Under the pieces are notes generated by a model. That model had not been told where the DNA came from. It did no database searches and saw only the letters and a list, made by a program, of their open reading frames with translations. A DNA stretch of 64,000 nucleotides from positions 5,920,788 to 5,984,787 of the forward strand of contig CAJINV010000001.1 in assembly GCA_905178155.1 (NCBI GenBank), given 5' to 3'. A program made the translations under genes and the position numbers. How positions within the stretch are numbered: position 1 is the stretch's first letter; every line of letters starts with the position of its first letter. The DNA comes from Amoebophrya sp. A120. Taxonomy: Eukaryota; Protista; Dinoflagellata. Positions 25,186 through 35,760 of the stretch are shown here, piece by piece.

Positions 25186-25960
25186 GCGGAGACTCTCCGA
25201 TGACATGAGGATTTGGCAGCGAGGTTTTGTGAAGTAGGCGCACGCATCTCGTTGCGAAATGATTTTATTTAGCGGTGTAGATTTTCTTTTCCCGCTTCGA
25301 TCGCAGCCTTTCTGCCGTCGAAGTATGTTACAACTTTTCACATTTTCAGACTTTATTCACAATTGGGAACAGTATTTCAAAATCCAAAATCAAGTACTTA
25401 ACTTAGAACAGTCTTTTGCTGTTGGGTGCTGCGGTTCGTAAGTACCTCATCCATTTTTATCACGGTACGTTTCGTTTTCTTTTCCAGCGCTTTTGGTTTA
25501 TAAGGGACTAAATGCGCGCTTTCTCCTCTTGACGGCCGGGAAGCTTTGCAGATGCATTCCTGCGACTCAGGCTGAAGTTTCGTTATCAGCACAGACATTT
25601 GTATATATGTATTATTGGCAAAGTAAATTTTTTTTATGTACATTAGTTTCTGATGTGGTTTTATCTATTGGCATGTTGATATCTTTGTGAAAACTATTGC
25701 AGAGTTTTGATGAATACATAGAGTCTGTCCCACAACAAAAAGATCGCGGATCAGAAGCTTTTGCTCGCAGCTGCTATGGTGCTTTTCCGGCTCTTTTTTC
25801 CCACGTACCAGGATAAATTGGTTAAACACCCAACTCACGAAACGGGCGAGTATGTTCGACGGCCGAATGTTCTTCAAAAATGCGGGTGTGTTACAGCACA
25901 CAATCATAAACGACCGGGGAAGTAGGCGGTGCGTCAGTGATCTGGGGGAAGCGACATACG

Positions 25961-26014
25961 GACGCCGCCGTGTAGGTGTGCCTGTATGACGCCGCCGTGT
26001 AGGTGTGCCTATAT
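25961..26014. repeat. 27-bp tandem duplication upstream of a gene
   Basis: GACGCCGCCGTGTAGGTGTGCCT(G/A)TAT occurs twice. Confidence 0.85.
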
Positions 26015-26117
26015 GCGTCGTCATCTCTGTGACATTCGCCTCCGGCAGCGCGCTCATCACTGAATTTTTTGTAATGTGTCATACGCACTAGAAGTAGTCT
26101 CAGCAGAGTTCCAAAGG

Positions 26118-29100
26118 ATGCGGCAGCAGATAGCGGCGCTTTTAGCGACCGCCGGGGTTTCGGGTCGAGAGACCCAGAACCCCGTGGTGACCGGCGCCAT
26201 GGAGTCCACGTCGCCGGATCTTGGCGAGGTGGCCAGTATGCTCGAGGACATGCAGAAGGGTATTCAGCAGCTGCACGATGAGGATGCCTCGCTGTACGAA
26301 AAGGAAGCCTGTCACTGCGAAGAAGAGACTTCAAATCTGGCCGAACCGGGGAAGGGCGTGATTCCGTTGGTAGAAGCTCGTTACGGGCCGTTTGTGTTTT
26401 CTTTTATGTTGTCATTTTCTTTATCTGCGCAGTGTGTGACGCCTGGGTAGGTAAACAGAGCCAGGGTAGTGGGTATTTGCAAGAACGGGTTGAGTAACAT
26501 CCCACATGTATGATAACTCAAACCAACTAAAATACAATTTCCAGGCCGTCCTCGCCATCAATGAGGCCAGTCAGACGATTAAAGAGAAGACTGCCTTGAA
26601 AAAGGACGAGGAAGAGGATCTTGCGACCAACACCGAGGAGCTTGCTGCCGTCCGCAAATTAGAGAAGGAGCAATCTACGGCCTGGGCCAAGCGAAAAGCT
26701 GAGCTGGAGGCTAATATTGCAGAGTCCACTATCCAAGAAAAAAACTGTGTGAGTGTAACTTTGTGTTGCAGAACATACAACAGAGTTACACCTGTCATGC
26801 CAGACAGCCACGAAGTCCTATTTTCATGTGTGTTTTCCCGTACAAGCGACGCATGACAGGTTTTCTCTGTCATGTAGAGCAAATTTGTGATGCTGTTCCC
26901 CAAAGAAACTTACACCTACACACTTTTTTTCCTGGATATCCACACAGGCAGCCAACGCGTTAGCCGGCGCCACACAGAAATTGCAGTCGGAAAAGCACGC
27001 TTCGATCCTCAAGCTGGTTGAAGACATGATGACGGAAACCAAAGGTACATGCTAGCGCTCATTTTTAGGTTTTCTAGCTCTTTCCACAAGCATCTCATTT
27101 GTACTGGAAGCTGTTTTCAGTTTCATCAATTTCCATTTTAACACCGACCGCAGACACTCTGAAGACCTACAACACGGAGAAGTCCACGGAGCAGACTGCT
27201 CGCGACGACCAGAACGTGGCCAACATTAAGACTGAGGCCGACGAGAAGGAGCAGATCCGCCTTGGCGAGGAGTCCATCGCGGACTGCAAGGAAAAGATTG
27301 GCAAGGCCAAGACCAAGTTGCTCGACAACGAGGGCGAGTTGAAGGACGCGCACCAACAGCTCGCGGACCTGACCGCGTTTTGCGAGGCCCAGGCGGGAGA
27401 TTGGGACAAGATGTCCGCCGAGCGCAAGAAGGACTTCGGCGTTTTGGTATCAACTGTAAAAATGCCTGGGTCTGGAAGAATTCATGTTTGTCATGCTTGT
27501 CTGGCATGACTATTAAATCTGTCACGCACGTTACCCAAGAGCTCCGCTTTTCTGTGATGCAGAGGCGCAGCTTGTCATGCAGAATAGGCAACACCTAGGA
27601 GCTCAGAAACTTGCCATGCTGAGCCAGCATTTGTAGCCTCATCATGAGACGCTACCCAGCATCACAAGTTCCCAGACCCAGACATTTTTCCTTTTGATAT
27701 TTGGAGGTCGCGATCAACGTTTTGACGTGCGGTAAGGAGAAGTGCGGCGTGGCGCCGGACGAGACGAATTTTGCCCAAGTCTCCTTCCTGCAGACGTCGA
27801 AAAAGGCCGCATTCTTGGCGAAGTTTTCCCAGAAGAACCGTTCTCACATGAAGAAGCTGCAGCAGTTATCCTGAGTAAAAACGTCCCCACCCCAGAGTCA
27901 AGATGGGGATTTTGCAACACAAGCCATGAAGTTTTGGGAGCCACGCATGACAAATTGCAGGCTGTATTGTAGTGCAGTTTAGCAAGGGAAGTCGCATTAC
28001 AAATCCATCTGCTTATCCTGTTTACAGCATTACAAGTTCCAAAACACGATCGGGAATGCCTATCATGGAGATGCGCATTACAAATGCACTTGCGCTTGCA
28101 GATCTGCATGACAGCTATGGGGTGGGGACGTTTTCAAATACGATAGCAGTCCGACTCCGCCAAGAGAAACGCTGTGCGCTCTTTGGTTCGCTTCGGCGAG
28201 CAGAACGGAATGAGCGAGTTGCTGCAGTTCAAGAGCGTGTTGAAAAACCAAAAAGACCCGCTTCTGGGGGCGAAGAATCTGTTGCGCAAGCTGATCGAGA
28301 AGTTGACGACGGAGATGGCGCTAGACCAGGGCGAGATGAACAAGTGCTCTACGGCGTTGGCGGAGTGCACGACCAAGCGAGACTTCGCGCTGGAGGAAGT
28401 CAGCAAGGTGAATACTATATCAAGATGTGCATATTTTCTTCAAATCCGAGCGCCTTTTTCTTTTTCACTCGCTGAAGTCACCTTCTGGGTGACTTTGACC
28501 TTTGTTACTTCGGGGTTACGTTTAGGGCCATGAGTTAGAATTCAAAGTCGCGTTCGAAAAAAAAACACGAAACCCAACAGTTGAAAGTGGAGGCCGAGGA
28601 GCTCGGATTGTCGGTCGAAGAGGACAAGAAGGAGTTTGGCGAGCAAGCTATCCCACAGAAAAAGACAGGCAGGTCAGATTTGTAATGCAAAAATCAATAC
28701 ACAAAAAAATCTGCCATCGGCGAGCCCATAGCATGCTGTTCAGGACACGCAGTGCCGATTTTTTTGTCTATTTAATTTTGCATTACAAATCTGAGCTGCC
28801 TGCTTTTTTCTGTGTGATACAAGCCGTCGAATACAAGGAGAACCAGGACAATGCCAACGAGAAGACGGAGGTTGTCATCCCCGAAATGGAAGAGGCGTAC
28901 GCGACCGAGAAGCAGGAGCTGACCAAGCAGAAGACCTGGCTGCACCAGGCCGTCGTGATTCTGCGGAAGCACTTTGGCATCGAGGAGAACGATTTGCGGT
29001 CGGGCAGCAAGGACTCCGCCTCCGGCCTCACTGAGGGCGTCACGGAGAAGTCTACGTCGGCCGGAAGGAAGGTAAATAACCAGGGCCAGACCCAATCGAT

Positions 29101-29491
29101 GGGCCAAACGGTCGTTCACATGCTGAACGATTTCTTGGAGCAGCGCACGGCGGAACTGAAAGGGCTCCGCGAGGCGCACATCAAGGCGCTCGCCGGGGAG
29201 CGCAAGCTGAAGCAGGATCTGTCCGCAACCGCAGGTGCTGCGAAATCCAGAACCGAATACTTGCTGGCCACGATCGAAAAGGAAACCGCTGAATTTAACG
29301 AAAAGATTGAAGAGCTGCAAGCTCGGCTGGACGCCGCCGCGGTCAACGGGCGCTGTGTCCAGAAGCTGGAGCCGTGTGGCGTGCAGACCGACATGCGGGC
29401 GAAGCGCGAGGCAGAAATGAAGGCGCTCAAGGAGGCTTGGGACAAGCTTGCGGAGGGGACCGAAGCGGTGCGACCGGCCACCTGGGAGTAA
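26118..29491 (+). CDS. Secreted long coiled-coil protein, interrupted by four introners plus canonical introns
   Basis: Signal-like MRQQIAALLATAGVSG, E/K/A-rich heptad-like sequence and an SFLQ motif. The frame is restored across the elements at 26730, 27448, 27867 and 28649. Confidence 0.75.
26730..26938. mobile_element. Introner family C, reverse orientation (209 bp), DR TCCAC
   Basis: TATCCAAGAAAAAAACTGTGTGAGTGTAA ... TTACACCTACACACTTTTTTTCCTGGATA. The interior is the reverse complement of 7760-7971. Removal restores AEST|QAANAL. Confidence 0.92.
27448..27699. mobile_element. Introner family A1 (252 bp), DR TTTGG
   Basis: TATCAACTGTAAAAATGCCTGGGTCTGG ... CCAGACCCAGACATTTTTCCTTTTGATA. Removal restores DFGVL|EVAINVL. 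Confidence 0.92.
27867..28145. mobile_element. Introner family F (279 bp), DR GCAGT
   Basis: TATCCTGAGTAAAAACGTCCCCACCCCA ... TGGGGTGGGGACGTTTTCAAATACGATA. Removal restores KLQQ|SDSAKRNAV. Reverse complement of 47739-48017. Confidence 0.93.
28649..28819. mobile_element. Introner family G (171 bp), DR CAAGC
   Basis: TIR of about 45 bp, TATCCCACAGAAAAAGACAGGCAGGTCAGATTTGTAATGCAAAAT / ATTTTGCATTACAAATCTGAGCTGCCTGCTTTTTTCTGTGTGATA. Removal restores FGEQA|VEYKEN. Confidence 0.92.
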
Positions 29492-30955
29492 ATAGCGGCA
29501 GGGAAAGCAGGTTTTTGCTGGTGCATAAAATTTTTCGCGCCTTGTAGTATAGATGATAGTGTGTGCGCAGTGTTGTGACACTGAACATCAAGAATCCGCT
29601 TGCAATTTTCTTGAAATTGCCTATTTGCAGAGAAAATTTTGATTTAGATTTTGTACGATTCATTTAGCGGATTTTGGTGCGTTCCGGCTCAGCCACGAGT
29701 TGTTTCACTCACTTTGATACTTTTTTCATCATTTAATACTTGCAACTAAAGACAGACTTTTTACATTGATACTGAATACTTGCTAATCGAAATCGAATAC
29801 TTGTAACTAGTGGTCTACCTGATTTTGAATACTTGCTGAATACGTTTAGATCTAGTTCACGAGCGCGTTGAGACAGCGTTGACTGGCTGCTCGGAAGGCA
29901 AATAGATTTTGCTTTGGCTAAATGAATGATTGATACCCAGGCGGTGGAAAGAAAAATGCAAGCGTGTTATGATGGCAAGTAATGATACCCAGCAGCGTGA
30001 CACGAGGCAAATTCTGACTGCATAGGCGACATTTGTCGTGTAAGGGTCGGCGCAGCGTCTGTTCGGTCGTACCTAGCAGGTGCGAGGACGCGTGCCGCGG
30101 GCGCTGGGGCAAGCACGTGAGAAATTTTTGTCTCAGCGCCAGATACTAGTTTTGTGCTGTAGAAAGGCTCGGCTTTTGATTGTCGGTCAAGACTCGGCTC
30201 ATCGCAAAAAAAAACACAGCTTCCATCGTGCTTGCGCAGGTTTGCCAAAAAGATCCAGCACGTTCGTACTTGCAACAAACAACTCGTCGTTCTGTTGTTT
30301 TCTGTCCACCGTGTAACCTTTCGTACCCGCTTTAGATCGTACAAAATCGAAGAAGCTTGGAAGTGACCCGATCACACGATAAGGACTCCGACGTTCTCTC
30401 AGAGAAAAATTCAAAACCATTGGATGCAAAACCGCATTCTCACGTGCAACTGATGCTGGACGTGACTAACAGATTGATGACTGACTAAACAAGCTACAAC
30501 CCAACTTAAATTCGTCAGCCAAAATTCCATTCCGTTTCAATTCATTCACAACAGATAGAGGCACGCCAAGCGATCTTGATGACGGCGGTATGTTTTATGT
30601 AGCAGATACAGATAGAGCCCAAGTATAGAATTGCGCATTGTGAATTAGAAAAATAAGTAGCTGCACATGCTTCCGAGAAGCGCGACTAAGTAAAAGATTT
30701 TCATGCTTCGCCAGCATGGTTGTTTCAGTCTCTCAGTGTGCCCAGCCCGCGCCGCGGCGAGTACCACTGTGGCCTGAGGCGGTTTTTGGGAAGCGCCAGC
30801 AGTATCAATCTGCTGGTAAAAACAGTGCAGCCAGTAGAAGAGCATTCCGTCTGTGAGACCTGCGTCGTGCTTGTCAACTCACAAGTCGCTGTGGCATACC
30901 TAGTCAACAAGTGCAGCATCGGTCAGGAGGGGACTTCTACCGTTCCGGTGCAAAA

Positions 30956-32270
30956 ATGACGGCGCAGAGTTTGGAGATGCAGAAAAATCCGGAGGAGGAT
31001 GAAGAGCTGAACTCTGTGGAGGCGCATTTGCAGCGCTTTCGGGAAATTCTCGACCCAAATGCCTTCGAATACCTCGGAACCGTGGATCCGGCAGTAGTTG
31101 GAAAAAGCGCAAATGTCAGCGGCCTGAACATAATGGAATTTGAGGGTATAGTCTTACTTTCGCATACAAATTGAAACTCTCGTGTCCTGGCTACGTGCTG
31201 GTCTTATATTCGTTGCAGCTTCTTGCGACAAGAAGAAGAAGAACTATGTTCATATGATTAAGAAAATGATTTGTACTACTTAATAAGTGTTACAGTGCAC
31301 TTTCAAATAGAATGAATGTGGAAAATGAACAGATGTCCTCCTGGACGAGGACAACCTCTTTTACCTCCCGAAAGTGGAACCGCACCGGGGCAGATCGGAG
31401 CGGCTAGGTAGATTTTACCATTTTCTGGACAAGACCACGCTCTATGTAAAGTCAAGGTGGGGCGTTTTCGTTTTTCTACTCTTTCTCCTGACCAGCAGGA
31501 TATACGCGCTCCAGGGTTTCTTTCTCGTGGCCTACGCATGTAGCATTTACCTGCTGAATTTGGTGCTCGGGTTTCTAACGCCAGCCGTCGACCCAGAACT
31601 CGATAATCGAAGAGCTGGCGACACCGACACAGAAGACTTTAGGCCTTTCGGTATACAGATTTTTTTCTTGCCGAAAGCTCGTTACTCCAATTATTTTGTT
31701 GACCTGAAGACGGATCGTGGTAAGTATTAAGTATTTTTATTTCAGTTGTGGGATTCGAGCTTAAGTTTGACTCGAAGATGGATTTTGACGATGTAAAAAA
31801 CATAAACAGTACGGCAAGTCCCGGAGTTTAAATTTTGGTTCGATGCAACGCGGTGTGTGGTGATCAGCTTGACGCTGACAATGTTTCCGTGCTTCGATCT
31901 ACCGGTATTTTGGCCGGTTTTGCTGGTGTATTTTCTCTTGCTCACCTTCTTCACGCTCAAGGAAAGGATAAAGCACATGATCAGGTAAAATGATTTCTTT
32001 GTTTTTTGCAATGTTTTTGCTTGTTTTCACACAGGCAGCATCATCCGGGAGACACGAGCCATTTTGCGTATCGCAGGGAACAAAAGGCAGTTCACTTATT
32101 GCAGTTGTGTAGTTGGTGTGCATCCAGTGAGAATTTTCCTACCTCGACTCCAAATCAGGCACCGCTACCTGCCATTTACGTACGGAAAAAAGACCTACAA
32201 TAAGCTGCCGGAGCAAGACCCGGGGGAAAATCCACCCGGAACAGGAGGGGGTAAGGAGAATATTGTCTGA
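30956..32270 (+). CDS. RER1: RER1 family protein (retention in ER 1, Golgi retrieval receptor)
   Basis: FLDKTTLYVKSRW...QGFFLVAYACSIYLLNLVLGFLTP...EDFRPF; RQVPEFKFW...FDLPVFWPVLLVYF...KERIKHMI|RHRYLPFTYGKKTY. GT-AG introns; the 5' start is uncertain. Confidence 0.92.
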
Positions 32271-33052
32271 TGCTCCAACCACCGGGCCACGCTGCCGAGT
32301 ACAATAGCGAAAGCGGTGGAGCAGAGGAAACGAAATTCGATGTAGTAGTAGAGTAGCGACTGCGACACCGACAGCGACAGCATGGGGAAAGAACACGCCA
32401 AAGCAAGCGGGTCTTCCTCTAATGAGGGCACACCAATTCACAACGAGTCAGCGGCAACCAAACATGCGCGATACACTAAGCGTATCACACGAAAGAATAA
32501 TAGCGTATCAAGAGCACTGCAGTGTTTTTTTGGAAAGCGACACCTTATCAGCTCCACATCGAGCTCTGCCACTGGAAACCTTCAGTTTTCGAAGAATAAA
32601 CGCGATTCTGGAGTGACAGTTTCCAGCTTGTACGTCAAAAAAGAAATAAAACAAGAAGAACAGCGACAGAATATAATGTGGACGCGGAGACTTGAATCCG
32701 GGACCGCAGAAAGCAACAGTCAGGCCGGTTTCCGTTATGCGCCTATTTTTCTGTTCGGATCCGAAGTAAAAATACGAAAGGAGAACCGTAATTCAAGCTA
32801 GAAACCGCTCTATTTTTTGAGAGAGTGCTACAAGTGGATGCGTCGAAAAGAATCGTCTGCAGTGCGTAATCCTGATGAAAGAGAAGCTCGAGAGTGTTGG
32901 GACGCGAGGGAATGCTCCGATTAAGTATTTTGCGGGAGCGGGGGTTCTTTTGGCTTGCAGTCAAGAATGATAATGAGCAATGACTGTGTGCGGCAAAAGT
33001 TGTTTGGGAGACGATCCGTTGCTCTGGTGGGTCGATTATTTGGACAGGAAAA

Positions 33053-34567
33053 ATGTTGTACGCCAGCGGACAATCCTTCGTGGCCGTTTCGACGCAGCGA
33101 CTCATTCCGGTTCGTACCAGAGCAGCAGTTTGTCTTCCGGTTGTTTCTACTAGGGTCAGCGATCATGGGCGGTGGGAATTTATTCGAATCGCCGCGAGCC
33201 GACGTAGTTTATGCACTCGTACAGCCACAACTTCTCGTGTGGCACTTACCTACTTTCAGCGTACTGTCCATCCGCACGACAACATCGCGGGCAGAACTGA
33301 AAATACATTGAACCATTTTTCTGCGTCCAGCAGCTCTTCTCGCTATGCAGCTTCTTCCCCCTCGAAGTCCTCGAAGCGATGTTTTGCATCGAGGAGCGCA
33401 CATCAAAAATCGGCGAAAAGTAGTACTACGCATCAACCCGAAGTCACCATCGAGTTCACGAACGAGAACGACCAGCTCATTCCCACATTTGACGAAGCGC
33501 TGCTCCTGCACACGCGCGCGCGCGCTTGGGCGTTCAGCGGACTGTTTTTCGGCGGCCTGGGTCTGGCGGCAAGCCTGCCGCCGATACTGTTTTCTGCATC
33601 CGGGGCACTGCTGCTTGCATTTCACATCTCCGTCGACCGGCTCATGTTGCACTTGATTGCCATCCATCTGCGTGCACACATCACATCCGCAAAATTCCGA
33701 GCGGTCGAGTTTGAGGACCTGCAAGAACCGGGCAGCTTTGGTGGACAGCAGCACCTCATTCCCCCCGTGAAAAAGTGGAATGTTTTGTTGTCGAGTCCTG
33801 GGTGCGAGCGGGCCTTCGATTGCACAACCGAGGCTCCTCCTGCTGTCGAAACGAGTGAAAATAAAGAGCAAAGCAACTCTTCTGCAACTGCGGATCAAGA
33901 TGAGACGACGACGCGCGAATTTAAAACATCGAGCGGGTCAGGCATCCGCTTCGAGTTCCGTTTCGGAGACCAGGCTAATGTGGAAAACCCCATGTTCGGC
34001 AGAAGCACGGCAACAGGCGGAGGTGATCCGGTTTCGCTTGGCGACATTGCAAAGTACTTGCAGCTGCTGTACCTCCCGACAGAAGCAGAGCTGGTCCTGA
34101 ACAAGGACGGGAAGGACCGCGATAAGGCGGCGGTCTGGGAAGTCCGGATCCAAAACCATGCGAAAATAACGGACAACAGGTCAAGTTCCAAGGAAGATTT
34201 GCTGGCGCGCAAGAACTTGGAGCAAGATCTGCTGGATTCGGTGACTAACGCTTACGTGGTAAAGGAGACGGAAGTGCTCACGCTCCAGCCCCTGCGTTCG
34301 TCGGAGCAGCTGCCGCCGGCCTACAGTGTCAAGTTCGGCTCCGTGCAGCCCGGGCAGATCGCCTACATGAAGACGGTCTTCGATCGGCTTCGGGACAACG
34401 CGCGCCAACAGGGACTGGAGCCCGACGCGCACCCTCTGCAGCGGTACCTCACGGCGCCCCCCATCGACGCGCTGCTAATCGTGCCGGCGCTGTACCACAC
34501 GGGCGGAACGTTGTTTCTGCTCCTGGGGTCGACGATTTTTTTGCTGCGGCGGGAGCCCCAGGCATGA
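33053..34567 (+). CDS. Hypothetical membrane protein, possibly mitochondrion-targeted
   Basis: 504-aa uninterrupted ORF with an R/S/T-rich, acid-poor N-terminus, two central hydrophobic segments and one C-terminal hydrophobic segment. Confidence 0.6.
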   Translation: MLYASGQSFVAVSTQRLIPVRTRAAVCLPVVSTRVSDHGRWEFIRIAASRRSLCTRTATTSRVALTYFQRTVHPHDNIAGRTENTLNHFSASSSSSRYAASSPSKSSKRCFASRSAHQKSAKSSTTHQPEVTIEFTNENDQLIPTFDEALLLHTRARAWAFSGLFFGGLGLAASLPPILFSASGALLLAFHISVDRLMLHLIAIHLRAHITSAKFRAVEFEDLQEPGSFGGQQHLIPPVKKWNVLLSSPGCERAFDCTTEAPPAVETSENKEQSNSSATADQDETTTREFKTSSGSGIRFEFRFGDQANVENPMFGRSTATGGGDPVSLGDIAKYLQLLYLPTEAELVLNKDGKDRDKAAVWEVRIQNHAKITDNRSSSKEDLLARKNLEQDLLDSVTNAYVVKETEVLTLQPLRSSEQLPPAYSVKFGSVQPGQIAYMKTVFDRLRDNARQQGLEPDAHPLQRYLTAPPIDALLIVPALYHTGGTLFLLLGSTIFLLRREPQA

Positions 34568-35760
34568 GGAGGAAGCTGCAGTGCTGGGGATATTGTCGGA
34601 AAAAAATACGAAAAATTCGTCGGGATGGTCATGATTCTTGTGTTTCTTGTGTAGATAGTTGTCATAAAAATGTCTTCGCGTATGCTCCTCCCGGCTCCTG
34701 GGACAACTCGAAGTGAAGAGAAGAAAGAAAAAGAAGATCAAGATTTTGGTTCAATGAAAAAGCTACGAAAGATTTGAACGTACGAAGATCAAGCCAGCAA
34801 AGAACCATTTTCAGCACCGTGATGCACTTCGCTGTGGTAGTAGATGAAATTGAAAGAAGCAGAACACCAAGACAAGCCGCTCAAATGCACAAGAAAAAGT
34901 TTTGATCGCTGCGAAGTCGAGTCATTGAGCGCGGCACAGGAGTTGTGCGGTTTTTTGTTTTTCTTATCAAAAAAAAATCAAAAAAGGATCGCGATCAGTA
35001 TGATATCGAATTTGGAAGAACTATGCACCTAGAGCCATGCGATCCCGAGACGATCACGACTGCGATTTGCCACATCCATGTGTGTGTCTCGTCTTTTGCA
35101 AAGGTAATATACTACGGTAGTTTGTCTTTTGCTGATACCGAAGCTCACCTGAATCAGAACGATCAAGCCAAGAGATCAAGATCGAGATCTTTCGTTATCA
35201 AGCCACAATATCCCGTGCTGGATCTGGTGGTAGTTATCAGGGTTGAATAAATAGAGGTGATGGCTTTGCTGCAATGACAATGTGCTACAAAACAAGTTTC
35301 TGCAGAAGTGATCTGAATGCAATTTACTGCATATCAAGGCGGAAGGTGGGATCATACAGTTAGTGAAAATTATCGATCCCCAGCTGCGATGAAAGGATCA
35401 CAAGATCAGTGCCTTACGGCGCAAAGGTTCCATTTATGATGAACATTCCTGCTGATTCTGCTGTCGAAAATTGAAATTCGAATTCATCAACACTGAAGCA
35501 AAACCTGCAGACTTGGCCAGTAATTTGGTCCAGAAGGTACTGGTAGGAAGTCACTTTTAGTTCGTCCTCGCGCTAAAAGTTCTTGCACTGAGATAGTTGT
35601 TTAACGAAAGATTAAAGACATAAATTTCAAATCGTTGTGGTTTCGAGCATCTCTCTATTTGCATTCATCGTTGAAATTGGAAATCGAGTTTTTCTCTGCT
35701 GTTTTTTCACTCCATCGTTTCGAAAAGTAAGTTCTGATTCACACTTCGTGTTGAGTTCAA

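Noticed and set aside
23252-25341. Long minus-strand ORFs (406 aa, 247 aa; similarly 28772..29581)
   Set aside because: They are antisense shadows of GC3-rich + strand exons and contain no domains.
29735-29840. AATACTTG repeated four times downstream of the coiled-coil gene
   Set aside because: Short, AT-rich and irregularly spaced; insufficient evidence for function.
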